NCBI GenBank assembly: GCA_965113315.1
Contig: OZ220363.1
Direction: 5' to 3' (one strand)
Origin: Podarcis vaucheri
Lineage: Eukaryota
Length of the DNA stretch: 64,000 bases
Below the pieces are notes generated by a model, which saw only the letters and a list, made by a program, of their open reading frames with translations, made no database searches and was not told the origin of the DNA. Shown here piece after piece: positions 1 through 14,196 of the stretch (the stretch's first letter is position 1; each line of letters starts with the position of its first letter). The translations under genes and the position numbers were made by a program.

Positions 1-111
1 GTACCTTCAGTTTCTCCGAGCTGCTGTTTTCAATGCTTTTGTTGTAATTGTGTTTTTATTCTTTAGTAAACCAGTCTGATTGTTTCACATCTGTGTCTTG
101 TAATTCTTACA

Positions 112-164
112 GATGATGATGATGATTTTATTATTTATACCCCACCCATCTGGCTGGGTTACCC
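112..164 (-). mobile_element. L2 LINE 3' tail fragment
   Basis: Reverse complement of the CCAGCCAGATGGGCGGGGTATAAATAA tail seen at 16.3 kb and 58.8 kb. Confidence 0.55.
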
Positions 165-2274
165 AGGAGGCCTAGGTGGAGTAGCCTCGGTTAGAGCTGC
201 CTGGTGAGTTCACAGTGAGAGCTTGAATAGGAAACTTCAACTTTCATAGCTCAGACTCTTCACCACTGCATGACACCTGCCTGGATATGCAAGTTCAAAG
301 ATCCATGCGCATTTCTGACTAGTAGAGAAAATGAGACACCTATTCCTTTTCTGATCATTGCTGAAGTTGCTGGAGGGCGTGAGCTACATTTGTTGTCTCA
401 CTAGTGGCCTGATCTGTGCTCCCTGGCATATTTGCCGAATACGCCATTGTCCTTGAGGCATGAGCCATCAGGCTGTCGCGGGAAGCATGCTAGCGACTCT
501 GATTACTTAATCGCCTCTATTCGTCCTGTCATAGGAAGACTATAATAACCATTCTAATGCTGAATCATATTCAAGACGTTTCAGCAAAGTGACACAAGGT
601 TGCTGCTGCCTTATGCCGCTTAAGTATGGCAGGGTTTCTATGTATCTGGGGTATGATCCTTTGCCTTATTGGATCAGGGAGAGCATTGCCACAGGGTGCC
701 TGGACAGCAGAGACTGACCCAGACTGCAGATGAACAGTGTAAACTGGGGCAAGGGGGGCATTTACATGACACTGTCTATCATCTCTTTCTGGAAGTTGCT
801 AATGACTGCAGTTGCTTCTCAGGCAGCCTGAGGATGATGCAGTCCCAGAGATATGCTACCTTTAGCCTGATTCAGAAATGACCTTGATGAGCAATAGCCA
901 TTAGAGCCTTATAGAATGATACACTGGGGGGGGGGAGAGACTGACTAAAATTCTCTTCTCTCTATTCACAATGCTTCCTGCATTGACTCTCTGACTGCTA
1001 CACTATCTTTAAAGGCATCTGAAAGCAGTAACAGCCTTACAGTACAACATGGAGTTCAAAGGGCATTAATCTCAGAAAATCTTCACTTCAGACTCAATTA
1101 CAATTGGAGAATGAGTACTGATTTCTTGTCTAACAGTAGTGTGTTCCTTATTTTATATCTCTGCCTATTCTATATTGAAATTCTTTTTTTATTTTCCCCC
1201 TTATTTTTAATAATATATTATATTCTATCTTTCAGCATTTATTACAAGGCTGTTTCTCAACATTTTAAATTTTATAAAGGGGTCCTAAAATATGCATTTT
1301 AATGCATTTTGACATATATTTTTTAAAGCCGAGAACTGTATTGCAAAATTCAGAGAACTGTGAAATCCAGATGATGATTATGAGGATAATAATTGGGAGG
1401 TGTCAACTAGGTCAGTGTTAACACAAATTAACCTGCAGTATAAAGTAATAAAAAAGAGAGAGAAGCTTACCACCTCCATGGGCATCTAGAGGCCAGCAGA
1501 ACTGTGCACAACATTTGTCACATACTTTACTCTGCCATATTTGATTTTTTGTCAGAAGGTACTGTGTGTGGGGGGGGGGGAGCTGAGTCAGATGAGGACT
1601 ATGGGGTGGAGCTTGCCAGGATCCTGATCATGCCCACTATTCATGATAGGGTAGTCGTGCCAACAGAAGCTTTCTTACCATTATTAATAATGGGGTCAGC
1701 GATTTTAGTCAGGATCCCAGTGGGCAAATGGTTTTAGCTTCCCTCTCTTCAAGATGTGGTTGTGAGATGGGAGCTGTCATCAGTCCCTACAGTTTTGCTA
1801 TTTTGACCCAACTGGACATAAGCACAGGTGGGATGGGAGAGTGACAGTGAAGCTAACAGCACACTTTCAAACACACTACAGGTGCAGAAGAGGCAAGTGA
1901 TGGGAGCAGGAGAGCAAGTTGATGCTGAATGTTACAGAGAAGGGCAAGAGTGAAGCTAGCACAAAACTAGGAACAGGAATAATTAAACAAAGGAGCAAAG
2001 AAAATTCTGGGAAGGGAAATGGAGACATAAGGTAGGAAAGACAAGAGAGGTCAGGGTAAAAATGCAGTAGTAAGTCTGTGTGCTGAAATTAGAGTCATAA
2101 TTCAGAGAACCCCTCCAGAAATACCCTTGGACAATAAGGATTCCCAACTTCTCAAGGACTGAGGGACCCACTAGGCAAAGCTTGAAGTAAGGTAATTGTT
2201 TTGGGCTCTCTTATTAGAGGAAACTTGACAATGGTCTTAAGTGAACCTAGACCCTCTGGGCTAATGATTCCTTT

Positions 2275-2308
2275 ACAAACAAACAAACAAACAAACAAAC
2301 AAACAAAC
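2275..2308. repeat. (AAAC)n microsatellite
   Basis: Directly visible. Confidence 0.95.
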
Positions 2309-4079
2309 CCCTAGTATATTAGGTGAACACCAAAACAAACATCTCATCTAGTTTGGCCTTATAGCTCTGACAAATGTTGGTGTTTTGTTTTATTTTATTG
2401 GAATCCTTGAAATTGGGGCCTGCAGTATTTTAGTCACTGTGGGTCACTTAGTTAGCTGACTGAAGCTGTTCTGAAACTTCTAGGCTTTTATATCACAGAC
2501 TTAATGTTTTCTTTCTGCTTGTAATGATTCCTTAAGCTGTTTTGTTCTCGCCACAGCACTGTTTGATTTAGTTCTTCAGAGACATTTTTAATCCATGAGC
2601 AGCGCAACCAAGGCTGCATCAAGACATACGATTTCGTATTTCCTCCCTCAAATGCATGCAGCACCACAGGGAATCTCTCAAACGAGAACTGAAGGGTTAC
2701 CATTTCACTGGATTTACCAAGCAAGTTGGTCTGTGTCTTGAAACCCTGAAGTAAACATCAATGCTTCTCTCTTTCTTTAAGAGAGATTCTGCTGCACTTT
2801 CAGAGAAGAAAAATTACTCTCCCCCACCCCAACCTAAGCTTTCTTGATAATGCCAAAACGTTGAAACTTTATGAGCTCTGTGTTCCCGATTCTATTTTTT
2901 GATAACTAAGAAACTGCAATTGTTGCAGCGAGGTTTCTGTGCGAAAGAATGCGAAGGCTTTGATTTGGGCCTGCACTTTTATCTCCAACTTTAATCAGTA
3001 TACAGTGCAAGGTTTTCTCTGACATTTGTAGCAGCATTCCTGAGATTGATGTTGCCGCCCATTATACAGGAGAACATTTGATACTAAAGGTTCCCTGAGC
3101 TCCCATCAGCTTTCTATAGTATGTCTGCTCTCTTGACATTTAATGTCCCTAAAGCCTGATATGGTCTGATAACTTCAGCGTTGCCGTGTGCTTTTTCCGA
3201 AGGGGCAGTGGGAAAAGAAAGAGCTGAGGTATCTCTGCTATTCCATTCAGATTGTCACTATCTACATTCACACTGCTTAATTCTGTCACTACTTTATTCA
3301 ATTAAAAAACACACCACACAAATCAAATACAAATGAAATACCGTATGCTGCTGAAAGAAATGTGTCTGTGAGAACAGAGATTAGAGGATCACTATTTGAA
3401 GCGAAATAAATTTGGCCCCTGAAAACTCTTCTCAAAATATAGATTAGTATTTTGTTGTTTTTAATGAAATCCTGTAAGCTGGCCTGGAAATACAGTTTAT
3501 TGAACGGAAGGGCATACGTGCGTTAAACAAATAGATGAATGCATAGAAACACACGGATCTGCCTTAGTCAAAGCATTGGTCCATCTAGCTCAGAATCATC
3601 TTCAGCAGGGGTGGGGGGACCTTTTCAGCTCCATGGCTCAGATCCTTATCAATAATCCTGATTTTAAAGCTCCTCCTGCTTGCCTTTTAAGCTTGGAAAC
3701 TTAATCTTGGAAACTTAAAAGTGAAGTGGGCTTGCAACAGACTTTGTGAGTCTTTCCTCCCTTCCACTTTCTTGTCCAGGATCTTGTTCCAGTCTTAAAG
3801 GGGGAGGGCGTAGGGCTGTCATACTATGGCTTTCCCTGGACATTACTGGGAATTTACTCCTGGGGGGAATTTCTAAGAGGCGACGCTTTGTCCTAGATCT
3901 TAGGCAAGTTTTTGGCATTTTTGAATAAAAAAGCTCAACAACCTTCGGGGTGTCCTGGTTTTTATTTTTTTAAATGTGGCAACCCTAGGAGGGAGAGACT
4001 CACTAAGGGTTTTGCAAACCACTTTCCTTTAAAGTTCCCACTTGATAGTGACTGGTCAACAGCTGTTCAGGGTCTCTGG

Positions 4080-4287
4080 CAGGCTTAGGAGCCAACTCCT
4101 AGGGGCTGGGGTCACTTCGCCTCCCTCCATAAAATATTTGAAGGGTTTGGGTCACTACCCCAAAGTTGACGGGCGTTGCCATTCAAATGGTGTGTGCGTG
4201 TGGGTGGGTGTGCCGTATCTTGTGATTGATTATGCGGGGCAGGGCTTACCTGCCTTCCACAATATTTTATTTAAGTTGGCATTCCTG
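4080..4287. mobile_element. Degenerate non-autonomous DNA transposon (MITE)
   Basis: Imperfect inverted ends CAGG..GCCAACT / AGTTGGCATTCCTG. Confidence 0.4.
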
Positions 4288-7200
4288 CTGGCAGGGGTGG
4301 TTTGCAGCCCTACCTATGGTTCCCCAAGAATTAAACCTGAAATACAGCCCATCCCTAATAATTTTGCAAGTATGATGCAGTCTACATACTGCAGGTGTCC
4401 ATTTCAATGTCATCCATTTCATCTTCCTGTTAGTGCCCAAATCCTTTCTGCAATTTAGCCTAGTACCCCCTTGCAGTGCCACACACACACACACACTGGT
4501 GGATATGTAAAACCATCTCCCTGTTTTGGTTAAACTGAACACACTGCTGCACTGTGTCTTGTGTGCTTGTCGTGTCTTCTGTATCTAGAATATTACTTAC
4601 ATTTGGAAACCTTTCTTCTCTCCAAAGAGCTCAAAGCAGGACTACAACAGACCTGCAAAATAAGATAAGGCCAAAAATTAGCAAAAAAAATAATAAAAAA
4701 TGTTAAGCATGCATAATGTTTCATAACAAGTTCTCCACAGAAAGACTCAAGACTCTTACCACTAATTTTCTTACTGCTATTTATACTTATACACATGCAC
4801 ACACAATATTTAGAGAACTTGATATAAGCTTATATAACACAGTGCCCAAGTTTTCAATTCCTTGCGAATTTACTGTGCTTCCCCCACCTGCTCCCCCTTA
4901 ACTTGCCTTTACAGAAGGTGGGCTGTAATAATCATTTTGGCTGTGTCTTGAGGGTTCAGCATGAGCTCATGGGTCACCGATTTCATTTATCTAACTCATC
5001 ACAAAGTGCAGTGACAGCAAAGTCACCCACTGTGCCTCCTTCTACCAGAGCAAATAACATGGAAAAGCTACATTGGTGTTTTGTTTGGGAAAAGTAGTGC
5101 CAAAGTTATGAGCCGAGAGAGACTAGTTTGGCTTATTTGGCTGCTCACTGCCTTCTTGTAGTCAGGTTTTGTTTTGTTTTTTTTTTTGTTTTTTTAAAAG
5201 GACAGTTGCAAAGTTTAGTTGATCAATAAAATTTTTTGGGATTGTTTAGTCCCAGGTTATGGAACAAATTATTTTCGTGACAGAGATATGCTGAAGGTTG
5301 GGATATAGTACAGAGCAGCATCATGTTTTCAGGGTGATCATATTGTACACTTCATTCAAGTGAGAGAATTGTCCTGTACCATGAAGACAAACTAAAGTGA
5401 TCAAAGTAATCTATAATGTAAGGGATCTCTGGGGAATTATTTTTTTTTAAAAAAAGGTTGTCAAAATGTCTCTTTTAGTTAGGCTGTATACATGCCTGCA
5501 CATTTAAAGCACATTCTACAACAATACTGGTCACTGGAGTTTGTTAAGGTTTGCTGCTGGGAACTCTAACTCTGTGAGTTACTATAGTGCCCAGAATTCT
5601 TTGAGGAAAAGAATGTCCTTTAAAGGTACACACAGGCAGAGACTGCTGGTGCCTAAATAATATTTGCATGTGGTCTTTAAAGAGAGAAGTGAAACTTTTT
5701 GAGACTTTGGAAATGGATTGCCTCTAGATGAATGTGTATCCAAAAATACAAACCTTATCTACTAATTCATTTGGATACAACTGAAAATGAGGGTGGGTTA
5801 TGCTTATAGGCCCCACCTCCAACCTCTATGTTGCTTATGTCAATTGTGTATACCATTGGCATGGATCCTAAGAGTGTACACTTCTGTCTAAAATATTTGA
5901 TACCCTGACAAATAGAGGGTATACGATGGCACATACAGGATAGGAGTACACATATGTTCTGATGTTATGTGCATAGGATCCATGTGAATGCTAGATGTAG
6001 AGAATTTCTTGTCCGCTTTTCAATTAAAGCTAATTCCTAAAGGCCAGTGGCAGAGCCGTCTCAATGCATTTCTTTTGTAACCAAGTGAAAATAGAGCAAC
6101 TAACATATACCCTTCATGCAGAGATTGGCCTTGTAAACATCATTAGTAAGACTTCTACCTGCTTCTGAATCATTGTTACGGAGAGAGTTCAGAGTGAAGA
6201 CACCTTCATTGACATGCTGGATAAATTAAAAAGCTTTTAGCAGAAGGTGCAGGCAAATTAATTGTATAATTGCCATGCAACGGGGTGGAGAGTTGGGATC
6301 ACCATATAGCAGAAAGAAATTAACTACTGCAAATTAATTAGAATGTGGAATAATGAAAAAATGCAGAACAATGCTCTAAGTGGCAAAACAAAATAAAGAC
6401 CTGTTATGGAAAACATATATTGCGTAATTTAAACAACAAAATAATAATAATTGTCATGGTCCCTTCACAATTCCACAATGTTCCTGGATCAATGCTTTCC
6501 AAAATATGTCAACCTCTCTTTCAACAGTAAGGCACTTCTCCCACATGATGGCATCCATGCTGAATCTAGCTTCAGCCTTTACACCAGCACTAGCAATAGT
6601 GGAAAACTAGGCAGGGCCAGTTCAAGACATTTTGGCACCTGAGGCAGCCCACAAAATGGTGCCTCCTTCCCAGGAAGAAGTGGCAAGTGAAGATTGACAG
6701 CAAGAACAAAGGGGAAATAAAGATCTGCATTGAGATTCGCTGCCGCTGTGGATTGGGGATGGTTTGAAAAAGAGACTAATTTAATCTTCCCTATTGTTTT
6801 GTAAGCAATTGGTATGAAAACAGCATACACAAATAAGATGCCCCTGGGGAAAAAACTTGCCAAATTTCAGAAGGCTAGATATGGAACTTTTGGTGCTAGG
6901 CACCTGTCCTGTAGCCTATAGGACCGCATATTGTGTACCTTCTCAAGGAAAATATAAAGCGCAGCTGCAATTCTCTCCTCTGCTTTTAGAAGCAAAACTT
7001 CAGTTACTTTGTCCAGGCAACCTTGAGCAACTCCAGTCACTCAGGAAGTCAATAATTGACTACAACTAATGCATTTGTGTAATGAATGGTTAAAGAGACA
7101 CATTTGGCTTTAATGGACCTTTTACTTCTGCAGCGAAAGATTTCAAGACTGGAGATTTACCTCTGGCATCTGGTACAGCACCTGTCTCTAATGGAAAGCT

Positions 7201-7719
7201 ACAACTCTCTCTTAAAAAGTGTTTCTTCCTCTCATGGATGCCCTTGTAGAGCTATTGGATTCACCTGTGCCTATTAAGAAGTTTGTTCCCTCAAATCTCA
7301 TTAAGTATCCACTTGTGTGTCAAACTTCCTTATGCACACCTGCCTTTCATGAAGGATAACCTTATGCTGAAAAGGAAGGTGATTTTTGTGTGTGTATGAA
7401 GTAACCTTCTGGCTGTTGAAGGTAGGTTTGTGTTCTTTAGAGGACATCAGAAAAACATACAGCCTGGCTGTAATATTTCCCCCTCACATATACTGGGTTT
7501 GTAAATTAATTATTACCAGGGCTCTCAACTATTTAAAGATTTTTTTAGTTGATTAATCACCTGCCTTTTAACCAATTAATGAACTGATTGCATTTAAACA
7601 TATTTGCATATTGCCAACACCTCAGTATAGGTGCCCTTTTGAGCTATGGAAAGAAGGGTATGCTGATCTACAGTTTGCTAAATAAACATTTCCACTCACT
7701 GGAAGCAAACTCCATCTTA

Positions 7720-7846
7720 TAGAATCAAAGAATTGATTGGTAGAAACCTCAAATGAAGGGCCCACAGTCTTCTGAGAGAGACAGTCCCACTGTCAAACAG
7801 CTCTTACCATCAGAAAGTTTTTCCTGGTGTTTAGCTGGAATCTTCT
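7720..7846 (-). mobile_element. CR1 LINE fragment, old
   Basis: CCACTGTCAAACAGCTCTTACCATCAGAAAGTTTTTCCT resembles the antisense CR1 ORF2 3' end. Confidence 0.55.
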
Positions 7847-8204
7847 GTTTTCAGTATGTTGCTTTCTTATTATCTAGTTTCAATTATTCAATAAATAACA
7901 AGAGTGCTTTTAATTAAGCACAATCAGAAGGCTGGATGTCTAGATATAATCCTTGGCTTCTCAGCTGTGTGGAAATCAATTTGAATTTTTCTTAAGTAGA
8001 TCAGACAAATGGCAAGAATAACTCGGAGAGCTAAAATAGGTATTTCACTTGCCTCATGCCACCCAAAAAAGCCTCTCTGTGGCATGTGATCCATATCCCA
8101 TTTGTAAGATGGGTTCATCTTTAAATGGGAGTTGAATCTAATTTCTCCCCCATTCTTAAGCAGATCTGGATCTTTTTTGCATCTTGGTCTGCACAATGGG
8201 GCTA

Positions 8205-8965
8205 AAAATCCTAATTTCACATTTGCTCTAACAGGGGTCTGAGCTGGTCCTGACTGACCAGGAGAGAGATCTTGAAGTTGTGGTGGGTATCTCAGTTAAA
8301 ATATTGACCTAGTGTGCAGCAGCTGTGAAAAAAAGGCAAATAAAATTCCAAGCTAAAGATCATCAGGACATTATGCAAAACCATGGTTACCTCGCTTCAT
8401 AAAGAATATTGTAGAGCTGAGAGCGGTGCAGAAGAAGGCAAAACAACTGCCCAATGAGAAAAGGCTGCAGCATTTGGGGCAAGTTAGTTTAGAAAGAGAG
8501 ATTGGTAGAGCTACTGTACATGGCAGAAGTGTATAAAATTATGTAGGGTGTGAAGAAAAGGATAGGAAGACCTTTCCCTCTCTCGCTCCTAATACTAGAA
8601 TCTAGGGTTATCCAATAATGCTGAGAAATTAAAGATTCAGGATGCTCTTCAAGAAACACAGTTAAACCATGGAATTTGTTTCCACAACACATAGTGATGG
8701 CCTCACACCTGGATGGCTTTAAAGAAGGTTAGACAAATTTGTGGTGGACAAGGCTTTCAATGGTTATTAGCCATGATGGCTTTGTACTATAGTATGGGAA
8801 GGACTATGCCTCCCTGTAGCAGTTGGTGGGAATCCCAAGTGGGGAGAGGGCTGTTGCAATTGGGTCCCACTTGTGGACATCCCAGAGGCATCCAGCTGGC
8901 TAGTGTGGGAACAGGATGCTGGACTAGATTATCTTTGACCTGATCCAGCAGAGCTCTTCTTACAT
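8205..8965 (+). mobile_element. CR1 (L3) LINE 3' fragment, degenerate
   Basis: Decayed CR1 ORF2 C-terminal motifs (GACCAGGAGAGAGATCTTG, GCAGCTGTGAAAAA, GATGGCTTTAAAGAAGGTTAGACAAATT) followed by a CR1-type 3' UTR (GCTGGACTAGAT..CTGATCCAGCAGAGCTCTTCTT). Confidence 0.8.
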
Positions 8966-10269
8966 TTATATTCCATTAACTTGGTGTGTTTGTTGCTGGA
9001 GTAGTGGGACTTGATATGTATGTCTGCCTGAAATGGCATTTGTTGCTTGGGTTTCTTATGGCTTTATTTCTCTATCTTCCTAAAGCAACTTGTGTTCCAT
9101 GGCATCAGCATGTTATTTTGAAACAACACGGGAGGAAGCAAGGTAAGTCTCTTTGTTAGATGCTTTGACATTCAGCAGCATGTTATGAAAAGTATTAATC
9201 AGTTCTTGAGATAAATCCAATGAAAACAATGAAATATTTAGTGCATATGCCACTCAACAAATTAATGCTGAGGGAAATCAGCTTGACTCTCATTGACCCC
9301 TCCTTTGCTGCAGATGAATTTGTGAAGCCTCATTCACAATGCTAATACCCAAGAGGCCCCAAGACTAGGTTGCAACCAAAAACACACAGCTTGTTTCTAG
9401 ACCTAGTGTAGCATTTTTTATCTTCTGGACTTCATAAAAAAGTGACACACACACAGGTATGGTAAGCTGATAAATTTGTAAATAAAAGCAAAGAATCTCA
9501 CAAGTGCTATAATTGGGTCTCTAGTGCAGGGATGAGGGAGGAGTGGAACAGAGAGCATTTTGAAGAATAAAAAGCCCGGCATTGAGCCCATGGGATAGAG
9601 AGAGAGATAAATAAAGTTCTAATAATAAATACACCTCACCCTGGGACTGAAAATATTCAAGGAAGAGTGGGTTATAAATACTGTGAATAAATAATAGTTG
9701 TGGTTGGCACCACTCATGAGAGGCATATTATATAATGACCACAATTCATTATTGCATTATTAAGTATTTTAAGTCCACTGAAATCAATGGGCTTCAGTGA
9801 GTTTAATTTATGTTGGAATAAGGCCAAAGTGCATTCATTTGGAAGGGCACCACTTAGCTGTTCCCTGGCCCTGTGTTTCTTATCTCATGTGGTTATTTCT
9901 CAAGAGCGTCTTATCTCTGGCTTCATGTGGTTTAAAAATTACTTCAGCTAGCTGATCAATTCTTTGCATGTTTATTTATGTGTATAGGACTGCAGCTTAA
10001 TACACTGATAATAAGCAGGATTTTGTTTTTGTTTTGCCTTGTTTGCTTTACAGTTTAAACTTGACTATATATACAAGAACAGGCCTTTGGACTTTGCTGT
10101 GAATCTTGGCTCCTATCCCCCTGAAATTTCTTGCTGTCGTCATTGAAACCTGAAGTAGCACTCCTCAGTATGTGTTGCTAAATCCAAAATATTTTTTTCA
10201 TACCTTTAGTTTTTTAATCGTTTTTCCAACCAGCAGTTCAAGACCATTTAAATACAGTGACCATATCTT

Positions 10270-10690
10270 TTTTTTTATAAATAATTTTTTATTAGTTTTC
10301 ACACATATTTTCCAGCATAACATCCTTTTAAACATCATTTTGAAATTTATGGCCATCACAGCCTGAGAATTCCTTCAACCTCGACTGATGGTTTTCTAAA
10401 GTCTTTCTAATTATGCATTTTGTTACTATATTGCTATAAACTCAAATTTCCGATACATCTATTCTTAATTCTCTTCACAATAATTTATAAATTACTTCTT
10501 ACAAAGCTTCTTTTAACCCTACAAGTGATGTAAATTGATTACAATTGCTTTCCAGATATGTCAAAAACCTTCCATCCCTTTAGGAAAGTCTGGTCCTGCT
10601 GGTTCTGAATTTTCCTTGTTTGTCTTGCCATCTCGGCATAGTTCATCAATTTCTCTTGCCGCTTACACTGGCCATATCTTAGCTGCCTTT
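10270..10690 (-). mobile_element. L1-clade LINE 3' fragment
   Basis: Minus strand translates LMNYAEMARQTRKIQNQQDQTFLKGWKVF, typical of the squamate L1 ORF2 C-terminus, followed by AATAAA and an A-rich tail. Confidence 0.65.
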
Positions 10691-11262
10691 TGGTTAACAG
10701 AACTAAAGGTGTTATTCATCATAGGCTAGTAGAACAAGTGATATCTACAACAAATGTTACATTGTGCTCCTGTTCAGGGTTCCAGCCATCAACTACATCC
10801 TCTTCCAGGATACCCCATTCAATCTCCCGCTGCCCTCTTTTACAGACAAGATTCAGTTAATGAGTCCCATCAACAGAAGCCATTGTGCAAGAACTTCTGC
10901 ATGTGCGGCAAGGCTTTCCCATCCTCTCTTCCTCCTGTGCTCCCCACAGCCCCCCAATTGCCTCAGGGGTGGAAGATGTGCTGGGACAGCACATGGGTGG
11001 GGGGAAGAGAGTGGGGTCATTTTGCTTGGCAAATCAAAATGCTCGCCCTGGTGGAACAGTGTTTAATTCCTTTGTGTGTTCCCCTCACCTTCGAACAGTC
11101 CGAAAATATTTTGTGGCCATTGTAAATGCTGAGTCTTCAATTAGTTCTGTGTAGATTATTTTTATGCCCTCAAATATTTTTTGTACTTATGCAAACCTTA
11201 AGATTTTCTCTTCCCCGAAGCCTGCTGATGCCACCACCCTTGTAGATAGATTTTGCTATTTT

Positions 11263-11508
11263 GCCAGTGTGGTGTAGTGGCTAAGAGCAGTGGACTCGTA
11301 ATCTGGTGAACTGGGTTCGATTCCCCACTCCTCCACATGCAGCTGCTGGGTGGCCTTGGGCCAGTCACACTTCTCTGAAGTCTCTCAGCCTCACTCACCT
11401 CACAGGGTGTTTGTTGTGGGGAAGGAAGGGAAAAGAAGATTGTTAGCCGCTTTGAGACTCCTTAGGGTAGTGATAAAGCAGGAAATCAAATCCAGACTCT
11501 TCTTCTTC
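11263..11508 (+). mobile_element. Squam3-type tRNA/CORE SINE
   Basis: Pol III box A (TGGTGTAGTGG), box B (GGTTCGATTCC), CORE-like segment and (CTT)n tail; near-identical copies at 27.2 and 31.9 kb. Confidence 0.9.
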
Positions 11509-12902
11509 ATAAGAACACACACTTGGAGAATGAGTCATCTACTAATATATAGGGTGTTTTCTGAGAATAACTATTACTATGGTGCTCCTGCCATGAGAGG
11601 AGATGAATTTGCTCCAGCACCACCTGTCTTACCTAGAAGAGACTTGGAGTAGAATCTCCAAGGGTGAGCAGGGGAGGAAGTCATCTGGGACTAGGTGACC
11701 AATCATGGGGGGGGGGGGAGCGAACTGCACCAGTTTAGGGCTGATCTTCCTCCTTCTCAACATCTGACAGCTATTGCTACTGTTTGTCAAAGTTTGGGGT
11801 GGAGGGAATCTGGTGATTGCCTACTTATTCTGTGCTCTCTTATTTCTGCAGTGGAAAGCTTATAGTATGCGTCATACACTCAGTTCATTTCAAGCTTGTG
11901 CCTTTAGTTTCTTTAAAGGATCAAATTACCAGCATTACCATACTTGAATAATCTTGACACCTCTATCCCAACTGATAAACACATTTCTATGAGAAGCATA
12001 GTGTCCGTCATGGATGAGCGCAACTACATCAAGATACAATTTAGTTTGCTGAAATGGCATCGGCAGAAGCAGGAAAGATCTCACAGAAGCGATTGGAGTC
12101 TCCTGGCAGCTTTACAAACTACAACACATCTGAGAAAATGTTCATAACAAAAATCGCCAGGGGGATGTCAGATTCCCCTCTAATGCCATGATAAATGTGC
12201 AGTTCACCCGAATGAGTATTAACTGTATTATATTCATAGGAAAAAGAAAATTTGCCAAGTTGGATATAACAAGTTGACAGGATTCAGTACAATTCTTGCA
12301 AAATGATAAAGTACAAGAGGCTCAGACTATAAACATGTTTTGCACATTTACATCTTCAGTCTCAAAATGTTACTTTTATATTTATCCATGTGGAATCCAT
12401 TTCAATCAATGCTACAAGCAGGTTAGAACTAAGACTGACTGAAAATGGACTCCTAAAATTCTCCATGCTACTTGTTGGTGGTGAAATGGGGTGGGATTTT
12501 GCTGAATATTATCCAGGGAAGGGCTGAAATTTTGGGACAGTTTGGGAAGAGCTAAACTGGAAGGGATTCCCCCCAATATTTTTATCAGATTTTTTTTTTG
12601 AGGATTTTCAGCTTTCATAATACCGATTGAAATGCTGTTGTTAATTCATATTGGTGGTTTAAGAGAAGGGCTGGAAGATGTGCTCCTATGGGGAAAAAAC
12701 AAACCCAAGCCTTCTTAAAATGTATTGCACTCTCTTGCTGATTTAACTCACAGATGACAACTAAAGACAAGTGTGTATAGAATAACAGCTGGAAAGTGCA
12801 AATAATGAGCTTAACCTTGATTATTTGAAATGTTTGAAAAACATTAGAATAATATTTATCTTAAGAGTGTTCTCTTTACTTAGTTTATCCGGAATTGGAT
12901 GG

Positions 12903-13257
12903 TAAAGGTACCCCTGCCCGAACGGGCCAGTCTTGACAGACTCTGGGGTTTGTGCGCCCATCTCACATCTATTGGCCGGGGGCCAGCGCTGTCCGGAGAC
13001 ACTCCCGGGTCACGTGGCCAGCGTGACAACGCTGCTCTGGCGAGCCAGAGCCGCACACGGAACGCCGTTTACCTTCCCGCTGGTAAGCGGTACCTATTTA
13101 TCTACTTGCCCCCGGGGGTGCTTTCGAACTGCTAGGTTGGCAGGCGCTGGGACCGAGCAGCGGGAGCGCACCCCGCCGCGGGGATTCGAACCGCCGACCT
13201 TTCGATCGGCAAGCCCTAGGTGCTGAGGCTTTAACCCACAGCGCCACCCGCGTCCCT
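12903..13257 (-). mobile_element. Sauria SINE, young full-length copy
   Basis: tRNA-like head (TGGCGCTGTGG, GGTTCGAATCC) and ACCTTTA tail; perfect TSD GGAATTGGATGG at 12891-12902 and 13258-13269; CpGs intact. Confidence 0.95.
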
Positions 13258-14196
13258 GGAATTGGATGGACCAAATGTCAAATGAAAACCTTGTGTGAAA
13301 GGAATTTGGATTCAATGGTGCAGTTTAGGACTGATTCTCACTTTGCATCTTGGAATCCAAATCTTTGTTCTGCTACAAATATACACATCGTGAAGTCAAG
13401 TATACACTGACTTCCTGATGTGACAGAATAACTACATGGCTATTCCTTGAGGTTCTGCAGTCAGCCATGAGGAAAAATAGCAGCTGGTGGAAACACCAGT
13501 AAGTGAGCCTTGAGGTAAATCAAACCTAGCCCAAGATCTTTAAATGAAACCTAACAAGAAAGGGAAAAGCAGTGCATGATGGGAAACGTAGCTTGTGGTG
13601 AGCACTGACTAAACTAAAAAATAAAAAATAAAACAATACTTAAGATGACACAAAGTCAGTTAAATTGAATCTTGTAAATGACAGGAAGAAATATGAAAAA
13701 ATCTATGAATTTTCCTCCCTTCGGAGGCTCCTATTTTCCTCATGAAATTCAGAATTTAGTCTTTATTTGTGTTGCAGATACATTTTCACATAGCCTTCTA
13801 TGAAAGTACATTGCAGTATCAGTGAATATGGTTTTAATAGTGTCAAATAACTGAGGAACTGGATTTCCTAGTTGTTTAAATTGGGGATAAATTAAAAGTG
13901 TTGTATTTAGGTTTTCACTCACTCAGAACGAGTTCTCCCTATCTCACTCCCTATCTCCCAACCTGAAACCTGTCTAACATCTCAAATCAAATCCTATCCC
14001 TCTTCTCAAATCCAGCCCTATCTAACTCCCTCAGAAAGCTGGTCATTTTTTCCCACTCCCCCAAAGTGCTGTCCTGTGGTTAGCTGACTCCATAGCCAAT
14101 CAGAGAGAGTTTCCAGCATTCTGGTGGAATTTCAGAGAAACTGCATCACAAGACTCTGGTCTGGCTCTACTATCCATCACAGAACGCTATAGAGTA

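Noticed and set aside
4042-4458. 138-aa ORF
   Set aside because: Non-ATG start, crosses a MITE, no recognisable domain or splice context
13900-14150. Possible degenerate solo LTR (CCAAT box, pyrimidine-rich)
   Set aside because: No convincing TSD or terminal inverted repeats
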